Source: Haliea sp. (lineage in GTDB: Bacteria > Pseudomonadota > Gammaproteobacteria > Pseudomonadales > Halieaceae). From it: DNA of 64,000 nucleotides. Of this stretch, positions 36,417 to 46,932 are shown piece by piece (positions within the stretch are counted from its first letter, which is position 1; each line of letters begins with the position of its first letter). Made by a program: the position numbers and the translations under genes. The notes beneath the pieces are model-generated. The model had not been told where the DNA came from and ran no database searches. It saw nothing but the letters and a program-made list of their open reading frames with translations. The DNA lies in the NCBI GenBank assembly GCA_031409615.1, contig JANNXP010000141.1:25-64024 (forward strand). The letters run 5' to 3'.

Positions 36417-37358
36417 ATGCACCTCGCCGATATCACTGTTCCCGCCCGCGGTGCCCATGCGGACCTGAGCGAACTGATCACACTGCGCTTTCCTGCCACG
36501 CAACTGAAGCTGGGGCGCAGAAACAGGGCTCTGCACACCCTGGCGGGGCCCATTAAATCCAACTTTCGCGGACGTGGCATCGATTTTGAAGAAGTCCGCA
36601 GCTACCAGCCCGGCGACGATATTCGCACGATAGACTGGCGCGTAACCGCCCGCACTGGAAAAGCCCATACCAAGGTGTTTCGCGAAGAACGGGAGCGCCC
36701 GGTACTGGTGGTCATCGACCAGCGCAGTAGCATGTTTTTTGGCTCCAGCTACTGCTTCAAATCGGTACTGGCAGCACAGCTGGCCAGCCTGCTGGCCTGG
36801 AGTGCCCTGCACAGCGGTGACCGGGTGGGTGGACTTGTATTCAATGAGGACTCTCACCAGGAGATCCGGCCCCGGCGCAGTCGTAAAACGGTGCTGGCGC
36901 TGCTGTCACAGATCGCCACTTACAATCGGGCCCTACCCCTGAACGCCACCGCTGAGCAGAACAGCTTCGCTCATATGTTGTCCAACCTGCGGCATATAGC
37001 GCGTCCGGGCAGCAGCTTGTTCATGATCAGTGATTTTCGCGGTGCGTCCGACGACGGCGCCAGGGAACACCTGTTCGAGCTGGCCAAACACACCGAGCTG
37101 ACCGCGGTCGCCTGCAACGATCCGCTGGAGTCCGAGCTTCCCAGGGCCGGCACCTATGCCGTGACCAATGGCAGCGCACGCAGTGAATTGCACACTGGCG
37201 ATCACCAATTGCGTCGCGACTATCGCCTTCGGCTGCAGCAACAGCGCGACCTGTTGCGCACTGACCTGCTGCGCCTGGGTGTGCCGTTGCTGCAGGCGTC
37301 TACTGACCAGCCACCGTTCAGCCTGCTAAAAAATTACTACGGGGACACACGCCGGTGA
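36417..37358 (+). CDS. DUF58 protein
   Basis: DFEEVRSYQPGDDIRTIDWRVTAR. Confidence 0.93.
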   Translation: MHLADITVPARGAHADLSELITLRFPATQLKLGRRNRALHTLAGPIKSNFRGRGIDFEEVRSYQPGDDIRTIDWRVTARTGKAHTKVFREERERPVLVVIDQRSSMFFGSSYCFKSVLAAQLASLLAWSALHSGDRVGGLVFNEDSHQEIRPRRSRKTVLALLSQIATYNRALPLNATAEQNSFAHMLSNLRHIARPGSSLFMISDFRGASDDGAREHLFELAKHTELTAVACNDPLESELPRAGTYAVTNGSARSELHTGDHQLRRDYRLRLQQQRDLLRTDLLRLGVPLLQASTDQPPFSLLKNYYGDTRR

Positions 37359-37831
37359 ACCCCCAGGACCCCCTCGCTGATCTGCACCCGCTGCGCGCAC
37401 CACAGCTGATCGGATGGTGGCCATTGGCGCCCGGCTGGTGGCTGTTGTTGCTCGCCGGGATAATCGTGCTGGGCGGCCTGGCCTACCTGTTGCACAGACG
37501 CTACAGGCGCAACATCTACCGCCGTCAAGCACTGCGCCAGTTGCAGGCACTGCATGCGGATTACCTGACCAAAATGGACGTCAGTCACTTCCTCGGCCAG
37601 CTCAATGCCCTGCTAAAAAGTGTGGCCCTGCTGGCCTATCCGCCGCCCACAATAGCGGCGCAGCACGGTGCACACTGGCGGGCATTTCTCAACGGCAGTC
37701 TGCCCCCCGACAGACAGCTACCACCTGCATTTGACGATGCGGCCTACCAAAAGACCTGCCCCGAGATCGATGTCACGCAGGTGCAGCAGGCCGCACAACA
37801 CTGGATCAAACACCATAGGGCGATGCCATGA
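37355..37831 (+). CDS. DUF4381 protein
   Basis: WWPLAPGWW plus TM; Bat operon position. Confidence 0.85.
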   Translation: MNPQDPLADLHPLRAPQLIGWWPLAPGWWLLLLAGIIVLGGLAYLLHRRYRRNIYRRQALRQLQALHADYLTKMDVSHFLGQLNALLKSVALLAYPPPTIAAQHGAHWRAFLNGSLPPDRQLPPAFDDAAYQKTCPEIDVTQVQQAAQHWIKHHRAMP

Positions 37832-38874
37832 TTGAGTGGCTCTGGCCTGGCATGTTGCTGTTGGCGCCCCTGCCTTGGCTGGTCCGCCGGGTGCTACCCG
37901 CTGCGAATAGCGAGCAACCTGCCGTGCGCGCGCCGTTTTTTCGTGAATGGCAGCAGATGAGTGACGCCCAGGTCGGCCGTTCATCGCGCAGCGGCCTGGT
38001 GGCTACCTTAGCGCTGTGGTTGTTGTGGCTACTACTGCTGCTGGCTGCGGCGCGACCCACCTGGATTGGCGAGGCCGTTGAACTGCCCAACAGTGGGCGC
38101 GACCTGATGATGGCGGTGGACATTTCCGGCTCCATGCAGGTCGAGGACATGCAGGTGGGCGAGACGTTGGTTGCGCGAGTCGATGCTGTGCGGCAGGTGG
38201 GTGCGGACTTTATCAGCCACCGTACCGGCGACCGACTGGGCCTGATCCTCTTTGGCAGCAAAGCCTATGTGCAATCCCCGTTGAGCTTCGATACCGCCAC
38301 GGTAAAGCGCTTCCTGGCGGACGCCCAGATCGGCTTTGCGGGATCGGAAACCGCTATCGGCGATGCTATCGGTCTGGCGGTCAAACGCCTCAAGGAACGC
38401 CCCGCCGACAGCCGTGTACTGATTTTGCTCACCGACGGACAGGACACGGCCAGCTCGGTCAAACCGCTGGAGGCCGCGCAGTTAGCGGCGCAGATGGGTA
38501 TCCGTATTTACACCATTGGGATCGGCGCGGATGCTATGACCCTGCCCGGCCTGTTCGGCTCCAGTTTCGGCAGCCGTCGCGTCAACCCGTCAGTAGAACT
38601 GGACGAGGCCGGATTGCAGGAAATTGCAAAGCTTACAGGAGGCGAATATTTCCGCGCCCGTAATCCGCAGGAACTGGCCACTATCTATCAACTCATGGAT
38701 CAACTGGAACCGGTAGAGCAGGAAACCACCGTGTACCGGCCGCGACAGGCGCTGGGCTACCTACCACTGCTCGCCGCCCTGTTGCTCAGCTTTGTGCTGG
38801 CGCTGCGCCACTGCTGGCAGACTATTAATTGGCGTGGCACCGACGCTGCTCTTAGCTCGCAGGAAGAGCGCTGA
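37828..38874 (+). CDS. batA: VWA protein BatA-like
   Basis: DISGSM MIDAS, LLTDG. Confidence 0.9.
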   Translation: MIEWLWPGMLLLAPLPWLVRRVLPAANSEQPAVRAPFFREWQQMSDAQVGRSSRSGLVATLALWLLWLLLLLAAARPTWIGEAVELPNSGRDLMMAVDISGSMQVEDMQVGETLVARVDAVRQVGADFISHRTGDRLGLILFGSKAYVQSPLSFDTATVKRFLADAQIGFAGSETAIGDAIGLAVKRLKERPADSRVLILLTDGQDTASSVKPLEAAQLAAQMGIRIYTIGIGADAMTLPGLFGSSFGSRRVNPSVELDEAGLQEIAKLTGGEYFRARNPQELATIYQLMDQLEPVEQETTVYRPRQALGYLPLLAALLLSFVLALRHCWQTINWRGTDAALSSQEER

Positions 38875-40721
38875 TGGAACTGCATCTGATAAGGCCTCTG
38901 TGGCTGTGGACGCTGCTGCCCGCCCTGCTACTGCTGTTGCTACTGTGGCGCCAGCGCGGGCGCCAAGGCAGCTGGCATTCCGTCATTGCACCTGAGCTGC
39001 TGCGTTATCTCGTCGATGACACGGGTGCCGCCAGAGGCCGCAACTTTCTGCCTCTGGTGTTCCTGGGATGGCTGCTCGCCGCTCTGGCTGCCAGCGGTCC
39101 CAGCTGGCACAAGATTCCGCAACCGGTGCACCAGAAACAGGATGCCCTCGTGGTGATGCTGGATCTGAGCTACTCCATGAAATCGGCGGATCTGGCCCCT
39201 TCGCGGCTGGAACGGGCGCGGCAGAAACTGCTGGACCTATTGCAGCAGCGCCGGGAGGGACAAACGGGGCTCATCGCCTACGCCGGCGATGCCCATATCG
39301 TGACGCCACTCACCGATGACACGCCGACCATCGCCAACCTGCTACCTGCCCTGCAGCCGGACATGATGCCCCTGCCCGGCAGTGAACCCGTCAGCGCCGT
39401 AACCCAGGCGCTGGAGCTGCTGCGTTCTGCGGGAATTCGCCAGGGCAAATTGTTGCTGGTGACAGACGGTGTGTCCGCCAAGGATCGCCAGGGTATTGAG
39501 CAGGTGATGTCGGGCAGCGCTTCGCATTTGACTATCATGGGAGTGGGCACCCCTGCGGGCGCGCCGATCCCACTGCCTAACGGTGGATTTCTCAAGGACC
39601 GGGCAGGGACCATTGTTATGCCGGGGCTGGATGAGCAGGGCCTGCGCGAGTTGGCCAGTGCCGTCGGTGGCAACTACAGGCGTATGCAACTCGACGACAG
39701 CGACCTCGCCTACCTGCTGGCCGGTAGCCCATTGAACGAAACTGAAGAGACGCTGGCGCTGGACAGGACCGCTGACACCTGGGAGGACCAGGGCTACTGG
39801 CTGCTCCTGGCGCTGCTACCGCTGGCGCTGGCACTGTTTCGGCGCGGCTGGCTCTTAACCCTGCTACCCCTGTTGCTGCTGGCGCAACCCGAACCCGCCA
39901 GTGCGCAGAGCTGGGATGACCTGTGGCTCACGCCGGATCAGCAGGGGCAGCGGGCATTGCAACAGGGCGACAATGCGGCCGCGGCGGCCCTTTTTGAAAA
40001 CCCCGAGTGGGCCGGCACGGCAGCCTATCAGAACGAAGACTACGAATCGGCTATCGATCGCTTTAACAACCCGGATAACGCCGACACCCTCTACAACCGG
40101 GGCAACGCTCTGGCACGGGCGGGACAAATGGATGAAGCCATCGCCGCTTATGAGCAGTCACTGCAGCGTCAGCCCGATCAGACTGACGCCCGGGAGAACC
40201 TCGAACTACTGAAGAAGCTCAAAGAGCAGCAGGAGCAAGAACAACCGCAAGATCAAAAGCAGAACCAGGATCAGCAGCAAGACCAGCAACAGGACCAGCA
40301 ACAGAACCAGAACCAGAACCAACAGCAGCAACAACAACAGCAGGACCAGAGCCAACAAGACCAACAAGAGGGCCAAAGCCAGGCCCAGGATCAGCAGCAA
40401 CCACAAGATGGTGAGCAGCAGACCGAGGATCAAGCGCAGCAAGACCCAAGTACACCACAGGAGCAGCAGGCAGACGGCGACGAGCAGCAACAGGCTCAGG
40501 AGGCCAGTGGTGGAGAGCCCCGGGAGGAAGATACCGAGAGAGATTCACAGGGCCAGGCAGCTCGCGCCGAAGCGGGAGATGCAGAGCGCGACCAGGCGAT
40601 GGAGCAATGGCTGCGCCGCATACCGGACGATCCATCAGGTCTGTTACGAGAAAAATTTCGCTACGAAAGTAGGCAACGGCAGGAACAGGGGGCCCGGAGG
40701 GAAGATGAAGCTTATTGGTAA
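38874..40721 (+). CDS. VWA-TPR protein BatB/C-like with Gln-rich linker
   Basis: DLSYSM, TPR YNRGNA, poly-Q tract, WLRRIPDDP. Confidence 0.88.
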   Translation: MELHLIRPLWLWTLLPALLLLLLLWRQRGRQGSWHSVIAPELLRYLVDDTGAARGRNFLPLVFLGWLLAALAASGPSWHKIPQPVHQKQDALVVMLDLSYSMKSADLAPSRLERARQKLLDLLQQRREGQTGLIAYAGDAHIVTPLTDDTPTIANLLPALQPDMMPLPGSEPVSAVTQALELLRSAGIRQGKLLLVTDGVSAKDRQGIEQVMSGSASHLTIMGVGTPAGAPIPLPNGGFLKDRAGTIVMPGLDEQGLRELASAVGGNYRRMQLDDSDLAYLLAGSPLNETEETLALDRTADTWEDQGYWLLLALLPLALALFRRGWLLTLLPLLLLAQPEPASAQSWDDLWLTPDQQGQRALQQGDNAAAAALFENPEWAGTAAYQNEDYESAIDRFNNPDNADTLYNRGNALARAGQMDEAIAAYEQSLQRQPDQTDARENLELLKKLKEQQEQEQPQDQKQNQDQQQDQQQDQQQNQNQNQQQQQQQQDQSQQDQQEGQSQAQDQQQPQDGEQQTEDQAQQDPSTPQEQQADGDEQQQAQEASGGEPREEDTERDSQGQAARAEAGDAERDQAMEQWLRRIPDDPSGLLREKFRYESRQRQEQGARREDEAYW

Positions 40722-42399
40722 AACGCTCGCCATTTTGGCCTTACTGGTGGTGACCATGGGCGGCACTGTGGCGCTGGCGGCAGTATCAGCCAGCCTGGAT
40801 CGCAACCGGGTCTCTCTGGGTGACACGCTGCGGCTAACCGTGACTGCGACCGAAGACGAAGAACTCGATGATGCGGACCTGCGCGTGCTGCTGGATGATT
40901 TCGAGATTCTCCAGCGCTCGACCAGCAGCAATACGAGCATTGTCAATGGTCGCATGTCACGCGTCCGGCAAATCATCATCGATCTGACTCCAACCAGGCA
41001 AGGTAACTTGCAGATACCTCCGCTACACCTTGGAGACAGCACCACGTCAAGTCTGTCGGTGCTGGTCAGCGTCGCCCAGGATACCCCGGCAGACGATGAA
41101 ACCGTGGTGTTCGAGGCGACGGTGGATCAGCAGAACGTCTACGTGCAGGGCCAGGTCATTTTAACCCTGCGTGTGCAGCAGTCGGTGAATCTGGAAGGAC
41201 GCAGCATTTCCGAGCTGAAGCTGGACAACGCGTTCGTCAAGCCGCTGGAACAGCACTCCTTCCAACGCACTATTGACGGTCGCCAGTGGCTGGTCGATGA
41301 ACTGCGCTACGCGATCTTCCCGGAGCAGAGCGGAACGCTGGAGATTCCCGCCCAGGTGTTCTCCGGCCGCGTCAACCAACGCCAGCGGAGCTTCTTTGAT
41401 CTGGGCGGTGGCGGGCGACAGCTGCGCCGCAGCACCGCGCCAGTATCCATCAATGTGCTGCCCAAGCCAGACAGTTTTAGCGCAGACACCTGGCTACCAG
41501 CACGGGGCCTGACACTGGAGGAAACCTGGTCAACACCGCCCGAACAGCTGCACGTCGGCGAATCCGCCACGCGCACCATCCGGATTCAGGGTGAAGGTTT
41601 GCAGGGCGCCCAACTGCCGCCGATCCTGTTTGCTCCCATCGATGGTCTGAAGTTCTACCCCGATCAACCCCAGATCAGTGAGCAGGAAACCGCTAACGGT
41701 CTGCTGGGCATCCGACAGGATAGTGCTGCCGTGGTCCCCACGCGCGCTGGCACCTATTTAATTCCGCAAATTCGTATCCCTTGGTGGGACACGCAGACTG
41801 AGCAGGTACGCTATGCGGTGCTGCCCGAGCGGGAAATCAGCGTGGCCGAAGCCGCGCCAGGCAACAGCCCCACTGACACTCCAGCACCCTCCCCCGCAGC
41901 GATCGACACAGCTGGCGGCGCTGAGCTTGCTGCTGCCCCTGCCTTCGCAAGGGGACCCAACACAGCGTGGCAAGTCCTCAGTGCGGTGAGCACCCTGGGC
42001 TGGCTGTTGACCCTGCTGTATCTTTGGCGGCGAGGCCGTCAGCGCCTGCAACAGCCGTCGCCCCCCCAGGACAGCACGTCGGAAAAGCAGGCTTTCAAAA
42101 CACTGGTGGCTGCATGCGCCGCCGGTGATGCAGCAGGTGCACGCAGCGCTGTTATCGCGTGGACCGCTGCTGTGAGTCCAGACACCACCGCAGTGTCCCT
42201 CGACCAAGTGGCCAGGCATTTCGGGGACGTGGACTTCACGCGGGAGCTTGAGCGACTTGATGCCCGGCTTTACAGTCCTGGGCAGGATCACTGGACGGGA
42301 AGTGGACTTGCCGACGGCGTACGCAGGCTGCGCGGGGGACACGCCAGCGGCACTGCTAACAAGGAAGAAGAGTTGCGCTTGTACCCGACGCCCAAATGA
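40705..42399 (+). CDS. batD: BatD-like protein
   Basis: Signal peptide at ATG 40705, VYVQGQV and PWW motifs, C-terminal TM. Confidence 0.85.
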   Translation: MKLIGKTLAILALLVVTMGGTVALAAVSASLDRNRVSLGDTLRLTVTATEDEELDDADLRVLLDDFEILQRSTSSNTSIVNGRMSRVRQIIIDLTPTRQGNLQIPPLHLGDSTTSSLSVLVSVAQDTPADDETVVFEATVDQQNVYVQGQVILTLRVQQSVNLEGRSISELKLDNAFVKPLEQHSFQRTIDGRQWLVDELRYAIFPEQSGTLEIPAQVFSGRVNQRQRSFFDLGGGGRQLRRSTAPVSINVLPKPDSFSADTWLPARGLTLEETWSTPPEQLHVGESATRTIRIQGEGLQGAQLPPILFAPIDGLKFYPDQPQISEQETANGLLGIRQDSAAVVPTRAGTYLIPQIRIPWWDTQTEQVRYAVLPEREISVAEAAPGNSPTDTPAPSPAAIDTAGGAELAAAPAFARGPNTAWQVLSAVSTLGWLLTLLYLWRRGRQRLQQPSPPQDSTSEKQAFKTLVAACAAGDAAGARSAVIAWTAAVSPDTTAVSLDQVARHFGDVDFTRELERLDARLYSPGQDHWTGSGLADGVRRLRGGHASGTANKEEELRLYPTPK

Positions 42400-42492
42400 C
42401 AACCGATAAAACGGCTTGCCAAGACCAGTACCGACGCGAAGCCGGCTAGCGCAGTATCGCTAACACCGTCTGTGAGGGCGAGAAGTAGAAGA

Positions 42493-42519
42493 GCGGTGGC
42501 ACCGCCACCGCAGTTTTTT
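42493..42519 (+). terminator. Rho-independent terminator
   Basis: GCGGTGGC-ACC-GCCACCGC followed by T6. Confidence 0.65.
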
Positions 42520-42538
42520 AGAGGCTTAGATTACTGGC

Positions 42539-42745
42539 CTAGAGAGGTTTGACGTTGTTGGCGCAAGGACCTTTCTGGCCCTGGCCTACTTCAAACTCCA
42601 CTGCCTGGCCATCTTTAAGTGTTGCGTAACCGCCGCCACTCTTGATTTCTGAATGATGAACGAAAAGATCCTTACCACCGTCTTCAGGAGTGATAAAACC
42701 AAAACCCTTGTCTGCATTGAACCACTTAACCGTACCTTTACTCAT
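42539..42745 (-). CDS. Cold-shock protein
   Basis: [21 protein letters not shown]. Confidence 0.95.
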   Translation of the reverse strand: MSKGTVKWFNADKGFGFITPEDGGKDLFVHHSEIKSGGGYATLKDGQAVEFEVGQGQKGPCANNVKPL

Positions 42746-42834
42746 ATTACATACTCAAAATGATTGGTGAATGATTGTAAGTTTCCACATTCGCATTCAC
42801 CGGTACGAAGTGGAAATTTCGCAACATCAACACA

Positions 42835-43002
42835 TTACGTGTTGTCGCCTGAGGAAGGTCGACCCTCCCCCTCAGCGGTTATATTAGCATCTTGTGGCAG
42901 AAAATCGCCCTCTTCAGACTTTTTCAAGCGTTTTTCTTCTTTTTTCTTCTTTTTTGCCAGCTCTTTTTGCCTTTTCTCAAACGCGTAGTTAGGTTTGGCC
43001 AT
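42835..43002 (-). CDS. 55-aa lysine-rich small protein (below ORF-track cutoff)
   Basis: MAKPNYAFEKRQKELAKKKKKEEKRLKK..., manual translation. Confidence 0.65.
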   Translation of the reverse strand: MAKPNYAFEKRQKELAKKKKKEEKRLKKSEEGDFLPQDANITAEGEGRPSSGDNT

Positions 43003-43125
43003 CGGGGTTCTCTTCTAGAAAGGTTGGGCCGCGAGACGCCCGCTGCCTGAATTTAACACACCTGTAAAGCAAATGCTGCCTGCTATCAGGCCGCCTTGCT
43101 GTGTGCCACGCCCTGGAATGTCCAT

Positions 43126-45783
43126 TTACTCCAGCGATTTGGTTACCACTTCAAATACATCAGGCGAGAGCGCCGGCACTGTCGCCAGGCGCTCCAGCTC
43201 AGCGCGCATCAACTCTGCCCTGCCGGTGTAGTTGCGCCACTTGGTCAGGGGTGTCAGCAGGCGCGACGCAATTTGCGGGTTGAGCCTGTTTAACTCGATA
43301 ACAATATCACCGAGGAAGCGATAACCCGCGCCATCAACACGGTGAAAATTGACTGGATTCTGGTTGGTGAAGCCGCCTACCAGTGCTCGTACCTTATTGG
43401 GATTACGCAGTTCAAAATCCCCGTGTGATAGCAACGTCTGCACCCGCGACAGTCCCTCCACATCGGGGATCGCTGCCTGTACCTGAAACCACTGGTTGAC
43501 TACCAGCGCCTCGTGTCGCCAGTCCTGGTAAAATTGGTCGAGGGTGCTATCACGAAGACTGCCCTCGCCATAAAAAGCGATCTCTTTCAGTGCGGCCAGT
43601 CGATCCGTCATATTGCCGGCATGCCGATACTGCCTTGAGGCGAGCTCAAGATTGTGCGCATCGGCGCTAACCAGATAGGCCAAACATGTATTGCGCAGAC
43701 TGCGCCTCGCAATCTGCTGCGCGTCGGGCGCATAGGGTAACAGGGTCTCCAGGTCGCAATAGCGGGCAAGAAACGGCTCCGCAAGAGCCCTACCCAACGC
43801 GGCGCGCACGAGGTTGCGTGCCTGATGAATAGTATCAACGTTGGCACCGCCCGCCTGGCTCGCCAGCTCCGCCAAATAGTCTTCGCTGGGGAGGCGCAAC
43901 ATTTCAGCCACCATGGCAGCATCCAGTGATGTATCGCGCAATAGACCGTCGCACGCCTCGATGAACAGCGGGTCAACTGCCGGCAGCGTGCCGCTGGCAA
44001 GTTGCACCTCTACCTCCCCGATAATCCGGGTGGCGAACGCCTGGGCACTGTCCCAGCGCACAAAGCCATCGCCGTCGCGGCGCATCAGAGCGCAGAGGTC
44101 GCTCTTACTATAGTCATAATGCAAGCGCACCGGCGCGGAGAATCCGCGCAGCAGTGACGGTACTGGGCGCTCCGTCACTCCCGTAAACACAAATGTTTGT
44201 CCGGGTTGGTCAATCGTTAGCACCGTGTGGGTATTGTCACTGGTGTCCGGATCCGGCGCGCTACCGGACCACCGCAGGGGCAAATTCCCTGCCTCGCCCA
44301 GCAGGCCCATCGCCAAGGGGATTACGAAGGGAAGCTTCTCCAACTGGCCCGGTGTAACCGGACAGGACTGCTGCACATGCAGGGTATAAGACTGACCCGC
44401 CTCGTCATACTCGTCCCGTACGGTAAGGTGGGGGGTGCCGGCCTGAGAGTACCATTGCCGAAACTGGCGCAGATCCACCCCGCTGGAATCCTCCATGGCT
44501 TGCACAAAGTCGTCACAGGTCACCGCCTGACCGTCATGCCTATTAAAATACAGGTCCGATCCGAGGCGAAAGCGCTCTGCACCCAACAGCGTGTGCATCA
44601 TACGCACCACTTCAGCACCTTTTTCGTAGACCGTCAAAGTGTAGAAATTGTTGATCTCCATAAATGATTCAGGCCGCACCGGGTGCGCCATGGGGCCGGC
44701 ATCCTCCGCGAACTGGGCGGTGCGCAGCAGCGTAACGTCCTCCACACGCTTGACCGTCGGCGAGCCCATATCGGCAGAGAACTGCGCGTCTCTAAAGACC
44801 GTAAAGCCCTCCTTTAGACTGAGCTGGAACCAGTCGCGACAGGTCACCCGATTGCCACTCCAGTTGTGGAAATACTCGTGTGCGACGATAGCTTGCACCC
44901 GTTGAAAACCCACATCGGTGGTGATCTCTGGACTACACAGCACGCAGGATGTATTGAAAATGTTAAGACTCTTGTTCTCCATCGCGCCCATGTTGAAGTC
45001 ATCCACGGCCACAATATTAAACATATCGAGGTCGTATTCACGGCCGTAGATGTCCTCATCCCAGCGCATGGCTTGTTGCAATGAACGCATCGCGTGCGCG
45101 CACTTGTCGATATCCCTTTTCTCGACATAGATGCGCAACGTCACCTGGCGCCCGCTGGCTGTTATAAAGCTGTCCTGGGTATGAGCCAGCTCGCCGGCAA
45201 CGAGGGCAAACAGATACGCGGGCTTGGGAAAAGGATCGTGCCAGACCGCCTGATGGCGTCCGTCTGCCAGCTCTTGCTCGTCATGGAGATTGCCATTGCT
45301 GAGCAGCACCGGATAACGCTTTCTGTCAGCCTCTACCGTCACAGTGAACACCGCCATAACGTCGGGTCGGTCGAGGTAGTAGGTGATCTTACGAAAACCT
45401 TCCGCCTCACACTGGGTACAAAACAAATTGCGTGACTTGTACAGTCCAGAAAGTGAGGAATTTTCCTGTGGGCGAATGCGCGTGCGGCACGCGACGACAC
45501 ACTGCTGTGGCACGCAGTGGATGAGCAGCGTATCCACAGAGACGAGATACTCTCCCGCGGTGAGTTCGCAGCCATCTACCGCCACCGATAACAGCTCCAG
45601 CTCCTGTCCGTGTAACTCAAGCGAGTTGCTTTGCGCGACCGAATCGTCGCGCAAGAGATGGAGGCGCGAACTGACAATCGCACAGTCCTCGTACAGCTCA
45701 AAGCGCAGTTCCGTCCGATTGATCAGGTACGCTGGCGGCCTGTAATCCTTAAGGTAGACCGTCTTCGGTTTGGCATCGCGCAT
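43126..45783 (-). CDS. pepN: Aminopeptidase N
   Basis: GAMEN, HEYFH..E, YEKGAEV. Confidence 0.97.
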   Translation of the reverse strand: MRDAKPKTVYLKDYRPPAYLINRTELRFELYEDCAIVSSRLHLLRDDSVAQSNSLELHGQELELLSVAVDGCELTAGEYLVSVDTLLIHCVPQQCVVACRTRIRPQENSSLSGLYKSRNLFCTQCEAEGFRKITYYLDRPDVMAVFTVTVEADRKRYPVLLSNGNLHDEQELADGRHQAVWHDPFPKPAYLFALVAGELAHTQDSFITASGRQVTLRIYVEKRDIDKCAHAMRSLQQAMRWDEDIYGREYDLDMFNIVAVDDFNMGAMENKSLNIFNTSCVLCSPEITTDVGFQRVQAIVAHEYFHNWSGNRVTCRDWFQLSLKEGFTVFRDAQFSADMGSPTVKRVEDVTLLRTAQFAEDAGPMAHPVRPESFMEINNFYTLTVYEKGAEVVRMMHTLLGAERFRLGSDLYFNRHDGQAVTCDDFVQAMEDSSGVDLRQFRQWYSQAGTPHLTVRDEYDEAGQSYTLHVQQSCPVTPGQLEKLPFVIPLAMGLLGEAGNLPLRWSGSAPDPDTSDNTHTVLTIDQPGQTFVFTGVTERPVPSLLRGFSAPVRLHYDYSKSDLCALMRRDGDGFVRWDSAQAFATRIIGEVEVQLASGTLPAVDPLFIEACDGLLRDTSLDAAMVAEMLRLPSEDYLAELASQAGGANVDTIHQARNLVRAALGRALAEPFLARYCDLETLLPYAPDAQQIARRSLRNTCLAYLVSADAHNLELASRQYRHAGNMTDRLAALKEIAFYGEGSLRDSTLDQFYQDWRHEALVVNQWFQVQAAIPDVEGLSRVQTLLSHGDFELRNPNKVRALVGGFTNQNPVNFHRVDGAGYRFLGDIVIELNRLNPQIASRLLTPLTKWRNYTGRAELMRAELERLATVPALSPDVFEVVTKSLE

Positions 45784-45787
45784 GATT

Positions 45788-46624
45788 TTAACCAGCGGTG
45801 TGCAGGGACAATTGATAACCACCGTACTTGCGCATATTGATAACACCGCTATCAAATATCAAATACTGGCCCTTCATGCCCAACAGCGTGCCACCAATGG
45901 ATGGCGTTTTATCGAGATTAAAGGATGCAACCTTAGCCGGATACTCCAGCACTGGGTAACTGATTTGAACTTCCGACTGGCCAGGTAACTCTGTGATCGC
46001 CTGTAGGCCGCGCTCCTTAGTCAGCACTGCCAGCTCCTCGGCACACGCTTCCATCAACCGACATCGCACCTGCTCCAGGTCACACGGCGGCGTGGCCCCC
46101 TTCAGCATCGCCTGCCAGTTGGTCTTATCTGCAACATGTTCCTTAAAGAGAACTTCCACCAGCCCCGAGTAAAAGCGCGTGGCCACACGAAAAATCGGTA
46201 GTGCCTGAGTCGCGCCCTGATCCATCCAGCGTGTCGGCACTTGTGATCCTCGTGTAATGCCGACTTTGATCCCTGAGGTATTGGCGAGATACACGATGTG
46301 GTCGATCATACAGTGTTGTTCGCCCCACTCCGGCTCGCGACAGGTGCCCGCATTAAAATGGCATTTCTGTGGGCTGATGATACAACTGTCACATTGTGCC
46401 AGGCGCATAAAACAGGGGTAACAGTATCCTTGGTTAAAACTTTTTTTGGTCTTGCGATCACAGTGAATGCAACTGATCGTGCCATGAAAATCCAGTTGCA
46501 GTTGTTTACCAAGATAGTGGTTTAGCGGAATTTCATGCTCTCCGAGCAACATTGTGTACTGCACGGGACTTTGCAGCAGCGTTTTCATCTTGCGCACAGT
46601 GCCTGTAGCCACGAGGTCGACCAA
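45788..46624 (-). CDS. DUF2797 protein
   Basis: C..C...KKSFNQGYCYPC; KVGITR...RWMDQGA. Confidence 0.85.
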   Translation of the reverse strand: MVDLVATGTVRKMKTLLQSPVQYTMLLGEHEIPLNHYLGKQLQLDFHGTISCIHCDRKTKKSFNQGYCYPCFMRLAQCDSCIISPQKCHFNAGTCREPEWGEQHCMIDHIVYLANTSGIKVGITRGSQVPTRWMDQGATQALPIFRVATRFYSGLVEVLFKEHVADKTNWQAMLKGATPPCDLEQVRCRLMEACAEELAVLTKERGLQAITELPGQSEVQISYPVLEYPAKVASFNLDKTPSIGGTLLGMKGQYLIFDSGVINMRKYGGYQLSLHTAG

Positions 46625-46633
46625 ACAGTTCTC

Positions 46634-46888
46634 CTACTCTGACCATTTCAACGGTGTAGCAGCGGGCGCATCACACTGTTCATCGACTCTTTGCTTCTTT
46701 TCTACATATCCCACACGATCGCTTTCCGCCAAATGCCGCTCCCCCCAGGCGATAATAGCCTGCATCGCGTTTGCACGTTGCTCAGCCGTCAGAACTTTGC
46801 CATCGGGCCACTTACCCAATGCTACCGAGCGCAACAGGCTCTGGTAGATTTGTGGTGACATGGTCTCGATCAGTTGCAGATAATCCAT
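46634..46888 (-). CDS. YeaC/DUF1315 protein
   Basis: IYQSL...VALGKWPDGK.LT.EQ. Confidence 0.85.
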   Translation of the reverse strand: MDYLQLIETMSPQIYQSLLRSVALGKWPDGKVLTAEQRANAMQAIIAWGERHLAESDRVGYVEKKQRVDEQCDAPAATPLKWSE

Positions 46889-46932
46889 CAGTTTTTACAG
46901 ACAGCAGGGGAGCTTGATTATACCGTTGCGGC

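Noticed and set aside
35452-42399. MoxR-Bat operon as a novel system
   Set aside because: Well-known, widespread chaperone-like operon.
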